Positions 35,474-50,720 are shown, counted from the first letter of the stretch. The stretch: DNA of 64,000 nt from Geosiphon pyriformis uo1 (GCA_016748015.1 JAAOMT010000659.1:124001-188000), one strand, 5' to 3'. Numbers and translations are program-made. Notes: generated by a model not told the origin, from the sequence alone.

Positions 35474-38027
35474 TGAGAAGTTTATTAGGCCTTTACAAAA
35501 AAATCTGGGTTTTATCTACTTGAACTAATATGTTTTATATATTTTTTGCATTAAAATAAACTCGTTAAAAAATGTACAATACTAACAAAAAAGAGCTATT
35601 TAAGATTATGGGCTTTAAGATAACTTCAGTTCTCCCAATTAAGATAAAGCCAAAGATCTTTCAATTTCAACCTAATTCTTCTAAATTAACACCAACTGAT
35701 ATAAATTTCTTGATTACTGTAATAAGTTATTATATATTACATTTTAATAAGTTGTTGAAATATTCAACAATTGAAATTTCTTTTACAGTCTAAGAAACTA
35801 ATTCTAAAACTAGATCATGATTTGGTCAAATACATGATAGGTATTTTAGTCATATTTTTTTTTAGTATAATTCATTATTCAAATATTAAATTTAATCAGA
35901 AACTTTTATTACAAAGAATTTTGTATATTTCTTAGATCCAAGCAATTCTTTAAAACACAACATTATAGTTATTAAAAGATTATTTGTGAATTCAAAGTAA
36001 GTATCTACATTAAAATAAAAATAATACTGGTCAAAATTTTTAAAGTTGTTAATTGTTTTTTACCTTGTAAGTTCTTTTTTTTCCGATCTAATTAAGTTAA
36101 TTTTTAATCATAAATATTACTCTTATGCTTTAAATTTTTAAGCTTTTAATTATTTTTGTCATCAGATAGAACACAATTTATTCCTAAAATTTTACAAAAA
36201 AAAAGTGTTCAAAACATTGGTCATTAAAAAACATATATTGCAAAATATTGTAAGAAAATGTTATATTATGTACATAGAGATTATATTTAAGATATAATAT
36301 TTGTTTTGAAATTGTTATATAATAACTGTAAATTTAATTCCACAGAATCTATTTATAGGATATTCTGAAAGATTTGATGACAATAATGTCTATGTATATG
36401 AATTTTCATATATAGTAATATTAAAATTTTTAACTATTATTAACAATTAAGAAAATACCTTTCTTTATGTCTAAAGTTATACTAGTATACATAATATACT
36501 ATTCAACACCATGAATTATAAAAATTTTTTCAGCAAAATCTGCCTTGGTTTTTTTATGTAGCATATTTTTAATCAAAAACTAATTAAAAATACATTAAAA
36601 ACTCAAAATAAACAAATTTTTTCCCTATTTATAATTTTATTATCATATATTACTATATAAGAACAAAAGCCAACAAATGTCTTTGAAAATCAACAAATAC
36701 AGAATGAAACATTTGAAAAAATAAAGTTAAAAATCAGAGTTTTGGATAATACAAATATCAACCAGTCATATATTTCATTTAATTTAATGGTCAAGTTATA
36801 TGATCAATTGTTTTTAAATACAACATTATCTTATCTAGTTTTTTTGATCTATTTTAAAGACTTATTTTTAAGATCTTTAGAAAAAACTTCATATTTGCCT
36901 AAACTGATGTATGTATATAATAAAAACAAGCACATAAAAGAGAAAACCAACTTTAATAAAATGCAAATTATTGATTAAACATCAAATAATGAGACAAATA
37001 TTAAATTTACTGTACAGAAAAACCTGAAAATTACATAAAAGTTAATAATTATAGTGTTTACAAAAACATTTGACAAACTTTTTCAATTACAGATAAAAAC
37101 AGTTTAGAAATATCTACCAAGCCATTAAATAGTATTGTCCATTTTAAAATGTATGCTTTAAATATTATAATATATAATACTTTAAAAAAAGATAAGTTAT
37201 CTATAATTTACTATAGAGTTTATTCATTAAAAAATTAATAGCATTAATTTTTTTTATAAATTTTGAGCCACATTTTTGCTTTAAGATATAGAAATTAAAG
37301 CAAGTGATTGATTTTTTGTAATGTTTCTTAATACCAAATATTTTGTTTATAGTATTATTCTTGGGCTAACAGCCAATTATATTATATTTATTCTAATATT
37401 TGTCTCAAATTTGCTGCTACTAGCACCAAAGCTAGTTGTTCTCAATGTTTATTAATAGAAATACAAAATTACAAATAGAGTGCAAATAACATTCCCAAAT
37501 TTTTTGACAATTGTTTATAGTATTTTTATGATTCCTTTGGTGTTTGGTATAAACAATATTGATATCTAAGTTTCTGTCCTAATAATGACAACTAAATATG
37601 ATGGTAGTATAAATAGAATATTTATAATTAATAGTGCTATATTACTAGCAGAAAACATACAGACCAAAAATATTATATCTTTATAAAAAAATAATTATCT
37701 AAATATTAAATTAATATTAATTGAAAATCTTTCTAAAAATAATAATACTTTAATAATTTATCATATAGTAATATGACTTTAATAATTGCTGATTGGCTAA
37801 AATCTGAATGATTGGCATCTAAAAATTAAAGATTAATAAAATAAGTGGTTAATTTTAAACTTTAATAACTTTATAAAATATATTATAATTCAAAAAATTA
37901 AATTGTAAATATAAAAAAAAAGAATTTAATCTATTATATTTACAGTTTAGTTTTTTAATATTATTAAAATTAAAAATTAGATACAATTTAAAATTATATA
38001 AATTGTTTAATAACTATAAATAGTTTG

Positions 38028-38959
38028 TATTATACTAAAAGTTTTTGGTTTTTTTTTTGAATGTTATTAATATTATCTCACTGTAAATTTACAATTATTG
38101 AAAGCTATTAAATTTTTGATAACTAGATTTATCTTTAAATTATTTCCTATAATTTAAACTGCTGAGTTTATAAATAGAATAATTAATTTCATACTAGTTA
38201 CTTTGTGTAGTTATTTTGCAGTAAAAGTCAACTCTTTCCTAAAAATTGCTTATCTGAAAGCTTACTAAAAATATGTAGTTATTTTGCTATAAAAGTTAAC
38301 TTTTTTACAGAAATTTTGTCTATAAATTACTTTAATGATTTATAATAATAAAAAAATAAAAAAAATGTAAAAAAAAAGAATTTTGTTAAGGAAATTGTCT
38401 TCTGTTCAGGTCTAGAATTACTAACAGATTACTAAAATTAGTAGCTAATTAATTTTAAAATGTTAGTTGGGTTTTCGAAAAATTTCTAGTATAAATAATT
38501 AAAAAATTTATGTTTTTCAAGTGTTTGATTTTTATTTGATTTCTAAAGGATGATTTATTCTAATTAAGATTGATAATTCTGGATTAAGATACATTTTTTT
38601 TAAAAAAAAAGCTCTTCTTTTATACAATTTGTTGTAATACTAGTCTATAAATTTTAACTTTTTTTGTTATAATTTCGACAAACTAAAGATATATTTTAGG
38701 AAACTACAAGTTGTTTTTATAAAATATAAATTATTTCAATAAACTATTAAAATATTTCACAAATTTCGATGAATTCTTGAATATTACAGAGTTCAAAGTA
38801 TTGCATAATCTGATCAACACATTTGTGTATCATACAAATTAGATTATTAATTAGATAGTAATATTCAATAATTTGAAATAATAATAATATATGTTAATTA
38901 CTAATAGAACTTATAATGATAATTTTATGTTGATTACTGACTAAATTCTACTAGTAACA
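38028..38959 (-). mobile_element. Solo LTR of the Gypsy A family
   Basis: Collinear with 9984-10508 + 28419-28873; termini TATTA...TAACA. No PBS or PPT is adjacent and the TSD is unclear. Confidence 0.75.
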
Positions 38960-41900
38960 TCAGCTCTGTTAATAGAAATAATACTGCACTTTTAAATATA
39001 TACCAATTTAAAAAAATTCATTCTTAGTATATAATCTGAGTGGCAGAAAAAAATTATATAGTAATTGATTATTCTACAAAAATTTATAAATACTAAATAT
39101 ACATAAATGTATTTATGACAACAAATTTCTTTGCTTAATAATTAAAATTGATACAAGACAAAAGTTTGATTCTAATAATTCTTAATTTTTTTTTAAATGA
39201 TAAAAAAATTACTTGTGGAGATTTTTTTTTCTCGAATTTTAATTACTTGTATAAATATATTATATTTTACATTGAATTGTATAATATTATTAAATAACTT
39301 TGCTTTAACACGTTTATTAAATATAAATAAATATAGTTGGACATAATTAAAATCAATTTTATGAATTTATTCAAAAAAATAGATATTTTATATTTAAGTA
39401 TTATTGGCAAAAACAATATATACCAGATTACATAGTCTTAGCTTCAATAAAATATTAGACAAAGTTAAGTTAAAAGAAAAGTCTAAATGAAAATTAAATA
39501 AAAAATAGTTAAAATTATAAAATATTCACATTTACTTATAAAATTATCTGGAAAAATTATTAATGTTAACAAAATAAAAAATGTTTCAGAAGTTTATTCA
39601 ATTTCTTCAATAAAAAACTTATTACAATCCTAATTTGCTTACTTATAATAACAGAAAAAACAAAAAACTTAAGAAATATTCTTAATTTTTTAGTTAAAAT
39701 AAGTTAATCTGTCATGTTTTATTTGAGATTTATATTACAAAATACTTAATAATAAGACTAAAGCCAAAGTTAATATATTACAAAGTACAAAATTGTATAT
39801 ATGTAATTATTAAGAAGTTAAAAAAAATTTAGCTATATATAACTAGAATATTATTGTTGTTTAGATTAAAAATATATATTGTTTTTTTTTTGAAGATTGT
39901 TCTTATATAGTTATCTTGAATAAAGTAAATATTATTATATATCAAATAAATAATAGAATTTATGTTTGAAAATTTAAAAATACTATGTGAAATTTATTAA
40001 CGTTAATAGTTTATGTTATAACTATAGATGTCTTTGTAAATAAAAGTATATTAACTTTCTTAAAACAATATTGAAGTAAAAACATATGAGTTTTTGATAA
40101 TAAGTATTAACCACATAAAAATAAGTTTGTAAAAAATTCTTTATAAATCAAATAAAAAAGCAAAGACTATATATAAAAGTCTTAAGATATTTAAAAAAAG
40201 TAAGTGAATTGTTTTTTCAATTATTATATAAAAAAAGCAAAAAATATAGCTATTCAAGCTTCTAAATTATTAAAACCAAATAGTTTATGTATTTTATTAC
40301 AAATTTATTTTGGTTAAATAAATAAAAAAAACAGTATTAAAAAGATTTTACTAATATTAATACTATTTAAAATGTTCTTATTATGTAGTTTATATAAGTA
40401 TTATAGAAAGTAATATTTTCTTTAAAGTTTCTAATTATTTTGATGTAGTTATAGAAATAAGCAATATTAATACAAAAGTATATATTAAAGCTTTTGCTCA
40501 AATGTTTTATTGAGTATATGATTATTTATATTATATTATTCTTTTTATAATAGTAAAAAAACTAATATTTACAAAGAACTGAATTATAATTTTATTTATA
40601 TTAAAATTTTTGTTTTAAAATTTAGTAACTTGTTAACTGTTATAAAAAAATATTGTAAATGAAATAAAATTAATAATTATTATATATTTTAATTTATCTT
40701 CAATTATAAAGACTTATATTGAAATTAAATATTAAAGATACTTATTGGCCAAATATTTTTTTAAGATTTTTTGCAGTCTTATTGCTAATATTAAAGCAAT
40801 TTTTGAATTAATTTTGGTAGAAAATACTAAAAAAGTTAACAAAAATAAAATTTTTCATATTATTAAGAATATTGAAAAAAATTAAAAGCTTAAATACAAA
40901 ATCAATAATTAATGTTTCAGATATTAGTCTTAATAAAGCTGAAATTTTTAAGCAAAACTTTATATGCTTTTTTGTTGATAATATAACTTTACAATATTAT
41001 TATTTATAGAAAACATATGTTTTAAACAATATTGATAACAAGAATAATATTCAAGACTAAGATATAAATAATAATAATTAAATTAAACTTTGTAACATAA
41101 ATTTCGTGAAAAGATATAATAATTCTGAACTTTTACAATATTTTAAAAAACTAACATATTTCAAAAACAAGATTTTAATTCAACAAATTCTATAAAAAAT
41201 TTAAAAATCAAAGAAAAAATACAATAGAAAAATTCATATAATTTTATGAACTCTTTTTTAGTTAATTTGCATAAATTTTATTTAGCAAAACAATAAAAAA
41301 TTGTTAAAATTCGAAAAGATGTATTATTACTCTTTGGCTTTAAAACCAAAGCTAAAAAATATTTAACCTTAATATTACAATAAAATTTATTAATACAATG
41401 CTAGATAATTAGTGTGGTTATACTGTTAAGAATAAAAAAACTTATGTAGATTTTAAAAGTAATCAAATATAAAAAAAACATATTGGATTTATTATATACT
41501 ATTTAATAATATTGAATTTGAAATTATAAAAAGAATAATGACTATAAAATTAAATAATCCTAATTATTACTCTACAAATCCAATTTTTTTATCATATAAA
41601 CCTGAATTGATTAATAAAACTTAAGAACTTTTCGATTCTATACTTATTACTACTGATATTACTATTTTAAAATCTAATAATAAAATTTGTAAAAAGAGTT
41701 CTTGTAATAACATAGTTAAACAATTTATAACAAATTTCCCACAATTCTTTTTTATAATATTAATTCAAAATAAATCAAAATAATAAAAAAGTTTAAATAT
41801 TAGAATATATATTATAAAGTTAATAAAAAATAGCAATTTAGTACTATGTGTTTTATTTTTTATTAATATTTTTTAAGTAAAAAACAGATATTAAAGAAAA

Positions 41901-42993
41901 ATTATGTTTTGGATATTTATCAAATAAATAATAATATTAATTAATATTATTCAGTAAAAATGTCTTTTATAATCCAGTTTTTTTTGTTCATTAACCAAAT
42001 TAAAGCTTAGTAATTAGTATAAACATCAAATTTTCTTTTTATAAAATATTTATTTCAATAAATAATAGATTATATTACTGTTAGTTATTTTTTTTTAGCA
42101 ACTATATAGTTTTTTTCTACTAGTTTTAAAGTTTTATCATTATAGACTATAATATATTCTTTAATCTAAAAGATCATAATTTTTTTTCTTTTCTTAAATT
42201 GTATTCGTGTTAACCTTTTGAAAGATGTTATTAAATAAATAATCACTGAAAAATGCAAACAATATCTGTTACCAAATTTTAGAAGCACTAATTGAAACAT
42301 AGAATTATATTAGTTATATTATCTTTTGTTAACAATACAGACCATTTTTCTATTTTTAAACTCTTGAAAAAATTGTGACAGAGATATTTATAAAACAGAT
42401 TTTCCATATTTAATTTATACATATTTAATTCACTTTTTAATTGAAATTTTTTTTGATTATTTTTTATCATATAATACATGCTATCCATTAATGTGTTATT
42501 CCAATTTATAACATAAAAGTGGAGGTTTTTTATTTTTTTCATTCATTATTGTATGAATAATTACTTTTTTCTACCAAATTGGCCATTATTGTTATAAAAA
42601 ATAAAGCAACAATAACAAAAACTTAATCATATCTACAGAATATGAACAAAAAATGCAAAACTTCTTAATTTTTTAGAGGTGGAATCTCACCCGATTTAAA
42701 TAAAATTTTATATTTCAATTATATATTAAATTTTGCAGTATTTATTTATGAATTTTCGATTATTATATCATATTTTAATGTAATTAAATTTGTGATAAGA
42801 AAGATTTTAAAAAAGAAATAAAATTTTGTATTAGATTTCAAATTTAATATAACAGAACTTATGTGAGATCACCTGTGGATCACATTTATATGTAGTATAA
42901 AAGTCAGCACTGATTTGATTTTGTGAAAATGCCTTTGCTTAAACACTACAGATCGAAATATTAATATTTCGAAGCTTTTTATATATTTTACTA

Positions 42994-44494
42994 ATGTCAC
43001 CCCAACAACACTTTCACGCTTTATCCAATGATTTTGGGAATCTGTTTGATAGTCAAAAGTTTTCTGACGTTAAAATTATAGTTGGCGAAGCGCCCAATAT
43101 TAGAACTTTTCAAGCTCATTCGCAAATTTTAGCAGCAAGATCACCCTAGTTTGCTGTGGCACTCTCTGGCAATTGGATTAAAAGGGAAAATGATGCCATT
43201 ATCTTCGCTAAACCTAATATTTCTCCTAATATTTTCGAGATAATTCTCAGGTAAGGATTTTCATTTGCTTTAAAGTATTTTGGCCAATATGATTTCTATG
43301 TTTTTTTTCCTATACAGATATATTTATAATGGCGAGATTTCTCTTGATAAACATGGAGTACCTACCATTTTAGAATTGCTTGTTATCGCTGATGAGCTTA
43401 TTCTAGAAAACTTTATTGATCCCCTTGAAGACTATTTGATCGAACACCATGCAAAAGAGTTAGAAGAAAATTTCGCCACTTTACAAAAAACTTCATTCAT
43501 GCATGATTCTTTCAAAAAGTTACAAAAATTCTGCACCGAAATAGCTGCAAACAATCCAGCTATAGTCTTCAACTCTCAAGATTTTACTTCCCTTAGTGAA
43601 AATGCTCTTTCCTCAATTTTAACCCAGGATGAAATAAATATAGAAGAATCTGAAATATGGGAAAAGATTGTGGAATGGGGAGTTGCTAAATTGGATAATT
43701 ATATTCAGACGAAGAACGTTCTTTACTGGACAGATGAAAACTTTAACGCCTTTAAGGAATCCATTGAAAGACTTTTACCTTTAATCAGGTTCTTTAACAT
43801 ATCTTCAGTTGACTTCTATCACAAAGTAAAACCATTTGCGAGAATCTTACCTGGATCTTTATATGAAGATCTTTTACATCATTATCTCGTACCAGGTAGC
43901 CATCAAAAGTCTGTAGACGCTCAGCCATTACGTTGTTCTCGATCAAATATTGATTCAAAGCTTCTTCAATCGCATAATATAAAACAGCTTGATCATTGGA
44001 TTCAAGGCAAAGATAAAAATACTCCTTTTGAAAATCAACTTGGAAATGATTTTCAATTGTTACTTCGAGGCAGTCGAGACGGATTCGCTCCAACCAATTT
44101 TCATCGATTATGCGATAATAACGGAGCAACAGTAAGCGTAATAAAAGTTAAAGGAACTGGTCAGGTAATCGGCGGCTATAACCCACAGTCTTGGTACTCT
44201 CGGGAAGAACAAATAGATGGAAAAGGAAGTTTTATTTTCTCCCTTGGAGATGGCAAAGCTGGAAATTCTAAACTTAGCAAATTTGTTGGCTCACATGGAC
44301 CTTATGGTGGGCTAAATCACGGACCCCAATTTAATGCCGATATTCGTGTGTTTGGCGATGATTTTAAAAATAGTCCAGAGTGCTATTGTCAAAAGACATT
44401 AAACTATGAGCATGCTATAATGCCTGGATCAGAAAAGGAAAAGGTGAATTTTCTTTTCGAGGAGTATGAAGTTTTTCAAATTATAAAAAGATAA
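42994..44494 (+). pseudogene. BTB/POZ-BACK-TLDc protein (477 codons, 2 exons) with one premature TAG at codon 52
   Basis: ATG at 42994; exon 1 is 42994-43250 (SDVKIIVG...AHSQILAARSP*F); GT-AG intron 43251-43317; exon 2 runs to TAA at 44494. It contains BACK (EEsEIW...IRF) and TLDc (LLLRGSRDGF, FHRLCDN, IGGYNP, GPQF, EYEVFQ) motifs. This family is expanded in Glomeromycota. Confidence 0.9.
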
Positions 44495-45779
44495 ATTTGT
44501 TATTATCTAATTTGATTTTACATATTGTTAAGACTATTCTCTAAAAAATATTCACTAGCAGAATATTATATAGGCTCTTATTTTAAACCCCACAATAAAG
44601 TTAAAAAATATATATTTAACATTAAAAAACTTTTAGAACTTATAATAAAAGTAATCTCTAAAGTTTAGGTCTTTATTACAGGCTAAAACCATAAAACGCT
44701 CTTTAGCTGAATGGAATTAGAAATACAACTTTAAAATTATAATTTTAGATGATGCTTTTTTTTTACTAGCAATAAAATAAAAATATATACTTTTATAGAT
44801 GTCTAATGAGGACCTCAAGATTTTCAATTAAAAAGATGCCCTCAGCTCCGAAACACTAACTTTTTAATAAATAGATTCTTCTAATTATTATTTTTAAAAT
44901 CGAGATATTTCTCAGTAAGCTCGAAATACTGTTCCCTTTAGAATTTTCAGTTTGCATTTGAAAAAGATTTTCTTGATTCAAACTTAATAATAAATGAATA
45001 ATGTATTTTTGATAATTTATAATTAATTTATTAATAAGTCAAAAATGCGATTAAATGCTTTTGGAATTTAAATTCATTGTTTAAAATAATACAAATGTTT
45101 ATACCTGAAATTTAATTATTTATTTTAATCTTCTACAACAAATTTTAAAGATACTTTAATGTTTAAAAGTATAGAATTTAAATTTGATATAATAACATAT
45201 GTTAAAAAACCAAATTCATATATAAAAAAAAGAATAAACATAAAAATATAAGTCAATTAGTAAAAAAAGTTCAAAATTAAAAAAGTTTTGATTTGATTAT
45301 TTAGATTTTTTAACAAGTTTTATACAACAAAAAAATTCTCATTACAACTATAAAATTGTAGATTTAATAAACAATTTAATAAGAAAAAACCCACAGATCA
45401 AATATTATTTATTATTAAAAATATGATATATTATATTTTTATTCAATATTAAAATCAATTATTTTAATTCTTAACTTTTTGAACAACTTTAATGAAAAAT
45501 GCGCTATAAATAAAATAAGTAAATTTCTTATGTATTAGAAATTTAGCATTTATTTTCATAATTTTACTATTTTGTAAAAAAAATTACTAATACGAAAAAT
45601 ATATTGTTAAGCTATAAGGTTTTATCAATAATGACTCGCAATAATTTATTCAGTTTATACAAAAAATTGTTTTTTATATTAAATAATAAAACAACATAGA
45701 CTCTTTCTCTTTTCTATTTCCATAATTACATTTAAAATAAAAAAGCAATTGCTGTTTTAAATACACCTTATTTGTTTTT

Positions 45780-47850
45780 GACTGAAAGTTTTTATAGTTA
45801 AGTTTCTTTTAAAATGACATATTAGAATTAGTTTTCGTGTTGTTATTACTTTTTTGAAAAACTTAAAGGTCTTTAATAGCAAATTAATAATAGAGTTATT
45901 ATTACTGCTGTTCAAATGCCAAAACAGCAAAAAAACAATCTTTTTTTTTTGAAAAATAGAACTTTAAATTTCTTTTTTGTTAATGTTCTTATGAATTTTT
46001 TATTATTAATACTGATTATAATATTTAATTTGGATATTTTATTGATCTGATATTAGATAATAGTTCATTAGTTAGTATTATAGCCCAGCATTTCTTAGAT
46101 GTAATTGGAAGAAAAGTTAATGAACTATTAACTAGACCTATAACCAATGTTTACAGAAATAAAAAAAAATCTAGAAATCATTAAAGCTGTTCTCATTAAA
46201 ATCAATAGTGTGTGTATTAAAATTATATGAAAGTATTAAAGACAAAAGACTATACCATAATTGTTAAAAACAAATAGTTAAAGAAAACCAAAGTTTTTTT
46301 GGACTATAAACTTTGTGAACTTACAATTTGCAGTAAAACCAAACCAATTATAGTCAAGTGTTAACATTAGACTATATTTCTTGTAGTGATTCAACAACAG
46401 CAGTAGCAAAGCAACAATAATAATAACTCTGATGAATTTGAAGACTCTAAAAAAGAAGAAAAAAAAAAGAAAAAAAGCCAAATTAGTCTTCACTATTTTT
46501 AATAATAATAGAAAACTCTTGGATAATATACAAGCCAATAGCAAAAAATTAATAGCCAATAAAAAACTTATTTATTGGCCATACTATAATATAATTAAAA
46601 AAATATTCGAATAACAATCAAAGAAAAAAGCAAAATAGAACTACTAATAATATGGTTCCTGTACTCAATACTGATGTAATTATTCTCTCTATTTTCTAAA
46701 TAACAAATGCAAATTATGTTTATTTTTTTTCAAAAATTGAAAACTGATTATACTAATCTCTGATAAAAAAATTAAGGCTGTTTAAAAGATATTCGAAAAA
46801 AATACTTGAAGTCTAATTATAATAGTTGAGCAAAAAGAGCCTAATGAAAAAAATCGAAAAATAGATATTAAAACCCTGTTAATCCGAAATAAATCAGTAA
46901 TATCAAATGAAAGAGAACATAAATCTTATTTAACATGTGATTAAAATACAAAATGTCTAATCTATTCATTTAAAGCCTTACTAATTAAACAGAAAATAAT
47001 AAATTTATTAAGAAAAAAATAGATTGGATAAAAAAACTTGAATTTATATAGGAAACCAAAAGTAAATAAACATTTTCTGTTATAGTAGTATCTAAAAAAA
47101 AACGTTATAATTTTGTATTAATTATTAACAATTAAATACTATTACCAAATAAGATATGTAATTTTTTCCGAAAGTTAACAATACTCTTAATTAATTTAGA
47201 GACTTAATCTATTTTACAATTATCAATTTAACTACTGGATTTTGGCAAATAGAAATAGATTTTACTAACAAAAAAAACCACATTTATCATAAAATATGGA
47301 ATTTATGAGTTTATCATAATGTTCTTTAAATTAACAAATATTTTATTTACTTTTCAACAATTAATGAATAAAATATTCAGATTAGAACATTAAAAGTTTG
47401 TTTCTGTATATCTTAATAATATAATTATATATTTGAACACTTTTAAAAAGTTTTTGATCTTCTTAGAAATACTGAACTAAAAATTAATTCCATTAAATCA
47501 TTCTTTAAATGACAATTTATCCAGTTTTTAAGTTATTTTGTAATAAAAAATAGAATTTTTTCAAACTTAGCCAAAGTTAAAAAAGTACAAAAGCTCTAAC
47601 AATTAATAAATGTTCCCAAATTATGAATTTCTTTGAACTAATCTTCTATTATCAAAAATTTTATAAATTTTTTCTAAAATTACATATCTATTTAATCAGT
47701 TTTTATGTAAAAATAATAACTATTACTAAAATATTTTTTAACAAAAAGTAGTTAAAACTTTCAAAAAGACTAATTACTAAGTTTATCTTAAAACAATCTA
47801 ATTTTGATAAATTTTTCATTTTTTACATAAGTGTTTACAGCTTTTAAGAA
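45780..47850 (+). mobile_element. Decayed Ty3/Gypsy internal fragment C (protease and RT)
   Basis: IDLILDNSSLVSIIAQHFL (about 46040), FCINY*QLNTITK, INLTTGFWQI, and VSVYLNNIII (about 47400). No LTRs were recognised. Confidence 0.7.
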
Positions 47851-49903
47851 TCCTTGTTTATTTATCTTTAAAAAAAAACAACTAATTAAATTACTAATCA
47901 AATTAATAATTGAGTTAATAATTAAGTTAATAATTAAATCTAAAAATAGAATGGCTAATATATGTAATAATTCATAAATAAATAAATATTAAAACTAAAA
48001 ATAAAAAACTGTAATATTATCTTAAAATTCAAACAACCTTCCTTTAAAAAATTTTTAAAAAACCAAGTAAACATTAACTGGTCTAATAATTTTAAAAAGT
48101 TGAAAACTGTTGAAAAAATGTAAAGCTTTTAAATGAAGATATTTTGTTTTTATTAATAATATAAAAACACATAAATAAAATGATTTTTTTGTATTTTTTC
48201 TAAACACTTTGCAAAATTTTTATTTTGAACGTAAAAAATAAAAATAGCTAGTAAAATTGTTTTGTTTTTTTATTAATCCTACAATAAATGATGCTTTAAA
48301 AATTGTTAATCAATCAAATAATGCTTTTTCGAAAGACTATTAATGATTAAATATCTGCAAATTATCTTTTTTTAAATAAAATTTATATTACTATTGAGTA
48401 TAAAGCTTTCTAAAAAAACAATTTCTTTGTACAAAGTAATATAAAGCTATTTAGCATTGCTTTTTTGTTATTATTTACTTGTTAAAGATTTTATTTCAAG
48501 TAATTTTTTTTTAATCTTCTTGAATTACATATTACAACATGTATCACAGTATCAGTAAATAAAAATATTTGTTAATTTGATATTTTTTGGAACTTTGGTT
48601 AACAAAAGTAGTATTTTCAATTAAATATTTAAAATTCTGGTTGTAAAATTCTTGCATTTATTAAACATTTAAGTAGTTATACTCAATTGTTTTATAGAAA
48701 CTTTTTAACAAATTATAATAATATTATATATTTTACTTCTATTATATATATTGTTTTAACAACAAAAATTACTTAAAACCTATTATAAACAATAATATAC
48801 AGTAATTTTTAACTGTAATTAGTCAGAGGCAAATATTATAATTTTCTTAAAACTAATCAATAATATTCATTTATTTTAATTCAAGTAAAAATATTAATTT
48901 ACACTAGTTTATTACAATTTTAAATTTTGAAGTCCAAAAAACAGTTAGCAGATATTTTGGATTTTTTAATTTTTTTATAATAAAAATTAAAATAATATTT
49001 TGGTATTAAAAGTTTAGATCTACTTATTTGAAAATAGAATCAAATACAACTATAATAATTAATAATATAAATGCTTATTACAACCAATTTTTTAATTCAT
49101 AAAATTTGGAAATTTCAGCACCAATTGTGATTTACTTTTCTATTTATTTTTAAAAAAAACCATTTTAATTCAGAAAACAGTTTACAAAAAAATCAAAAAA
49201 ATCAAATATAATTCCATTAAAAAAATCTAAAAGAAATTGAGCCCAAATTCTTAAATAAAGTGAAGCCAAAATTTAAAATAATTCTTTTTTTTGAAGAAAT
49301 AGTATATAAATGAATTTTAAACTATCTAACTTAATTAAATTTTTTATGAGCATTTTTTAAATGTCTTTAAATAACAATACTTTTATTTTTTATCAAAATT
49401 GGTTGAAAACCATTTAAAAGTAAATTAAATATTCCATGACTTATACATAAAACCTCAAAAGATTAAATATCTTAAATTTAATAATTATTACCCAAAATTT
49501 CAATTTTGATTAAAGCTATTAAAAAGTCACTTATTTATACAAAACAACAATAAAAACAATTTAAAAATGAAATAGTTAATAATTAGCATTAAAAAATAAT
49601 ACAGTGTTATAATTATATTAAACTTACTAAATTTTAAAATTAATATATTTGAGTTATTATTTAATAATAAGCATTTTTATTGAAATAATACTTAAAATAT
49701 TTCAAAATAAAAATAATTTGATAACTTTTGTTTTAATTTTTAAAAAAGTTTTAATTAAGCAATTGATAGTTATTTAGTATTTAAAATATTTAAAATTAAG
49801 ATATAATTAATTAAGGGATAATTAATTAAAAATAATTATTTTTCTTTGTAAATATTTTTAAATAAGTTTATTTAAAAAAGTATACAGAATAAATTAAGTA
49901 TGG

Positions 49904-50016
49904 TTTTTTTATTTCACATTAACGATTGTACCCAACCACTACCTATTAAAATACAGCAAAGCTGCTCTAAAATAGGTGTGGCTCATGCATTTTCTACACA
50001 TGGCCAGCTACCCGAG
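49904..50016 (-). mobile_element. 5'-truncated LINE 3' end (about 110 bp)
   Basis: A T run followed by CCCAACCACTACCTA and GCTCATGCATTTTCTACACATGGCCAGC, matching the 3' ends of LINE-a and LINE-b. Confidence 0.7.
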
Positions 50017-50634
50017 AATGTTTTTATTGAATTTTTGTTAAAGAATTCGTTCCAAAAGATTTTGGATTTGTCTGCCAAACATATTTTTGACGAAAAAGCA
50101 AATTAAACAAAAAAAGATTGTATTCAATAAAATTTAAGTTGGTTTTGTGTAATAATAAATGATTTTTGTTTTATATAACAAAATATATAATTACTTATAT
50201 AATACATAATAAAATTAATTTTATTAATTTTATAAAAAGCACCACTTCATATTACAAATAGAAATAAAAAAATAATTTGTAATTATTAATAAAATTATAT
50301 AGCTGTTATAATTCAATGTTTTAATTAACATTTACAATTTAATTACTACTATTCAATATTTTTAATAGTTATTTATTTAATAAATTACAGAAAGCAAGTC
50401 TTTTATTTCTTAAGCTAGTTTTAATAATACAAGTTAAATACCTAGATCTTTTACAGTTTTACACAATTATATTAATATATTTATTAAAAAACAAATAACC
50501 CAGTTAAAAACTAAGTTGATAATTTGTTCGATAATTAAATCAATAATTAAGTTAATATTAAATTTAATAAATATTAAGTATAATATTAGTGACTAATACA
50601 TAATAAAAATAACAGCTATTATAAAATTACTAGA

Positions 50635-50720
50635 AATATCTGTTGGCTAGTCTTTTGACAGAATTGGCATTAATATTTTTAGACCATTAATAATGATTCT
50701 TAATATCAACCAATAATGTT
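50635..50720 (+). pseudogene. Gypsy integrase scrap
   Basis: VG*SFDRIGINIFRPL resembles VGNLFDRIGIDLVG in Gypsy B. Confidence 0.5.

Noticed and set aside
43147-43149. Genome-wide TAG reassignment
   Set aside because: The Kelch gene appears to terminate at TAG (54431-54433), and a single case is insufficient.
43280-43317. ORF-track start of the 404-aa BTB protein
   Set aside because: It lies inside the 43251-43317 intron; the true start is 42994.
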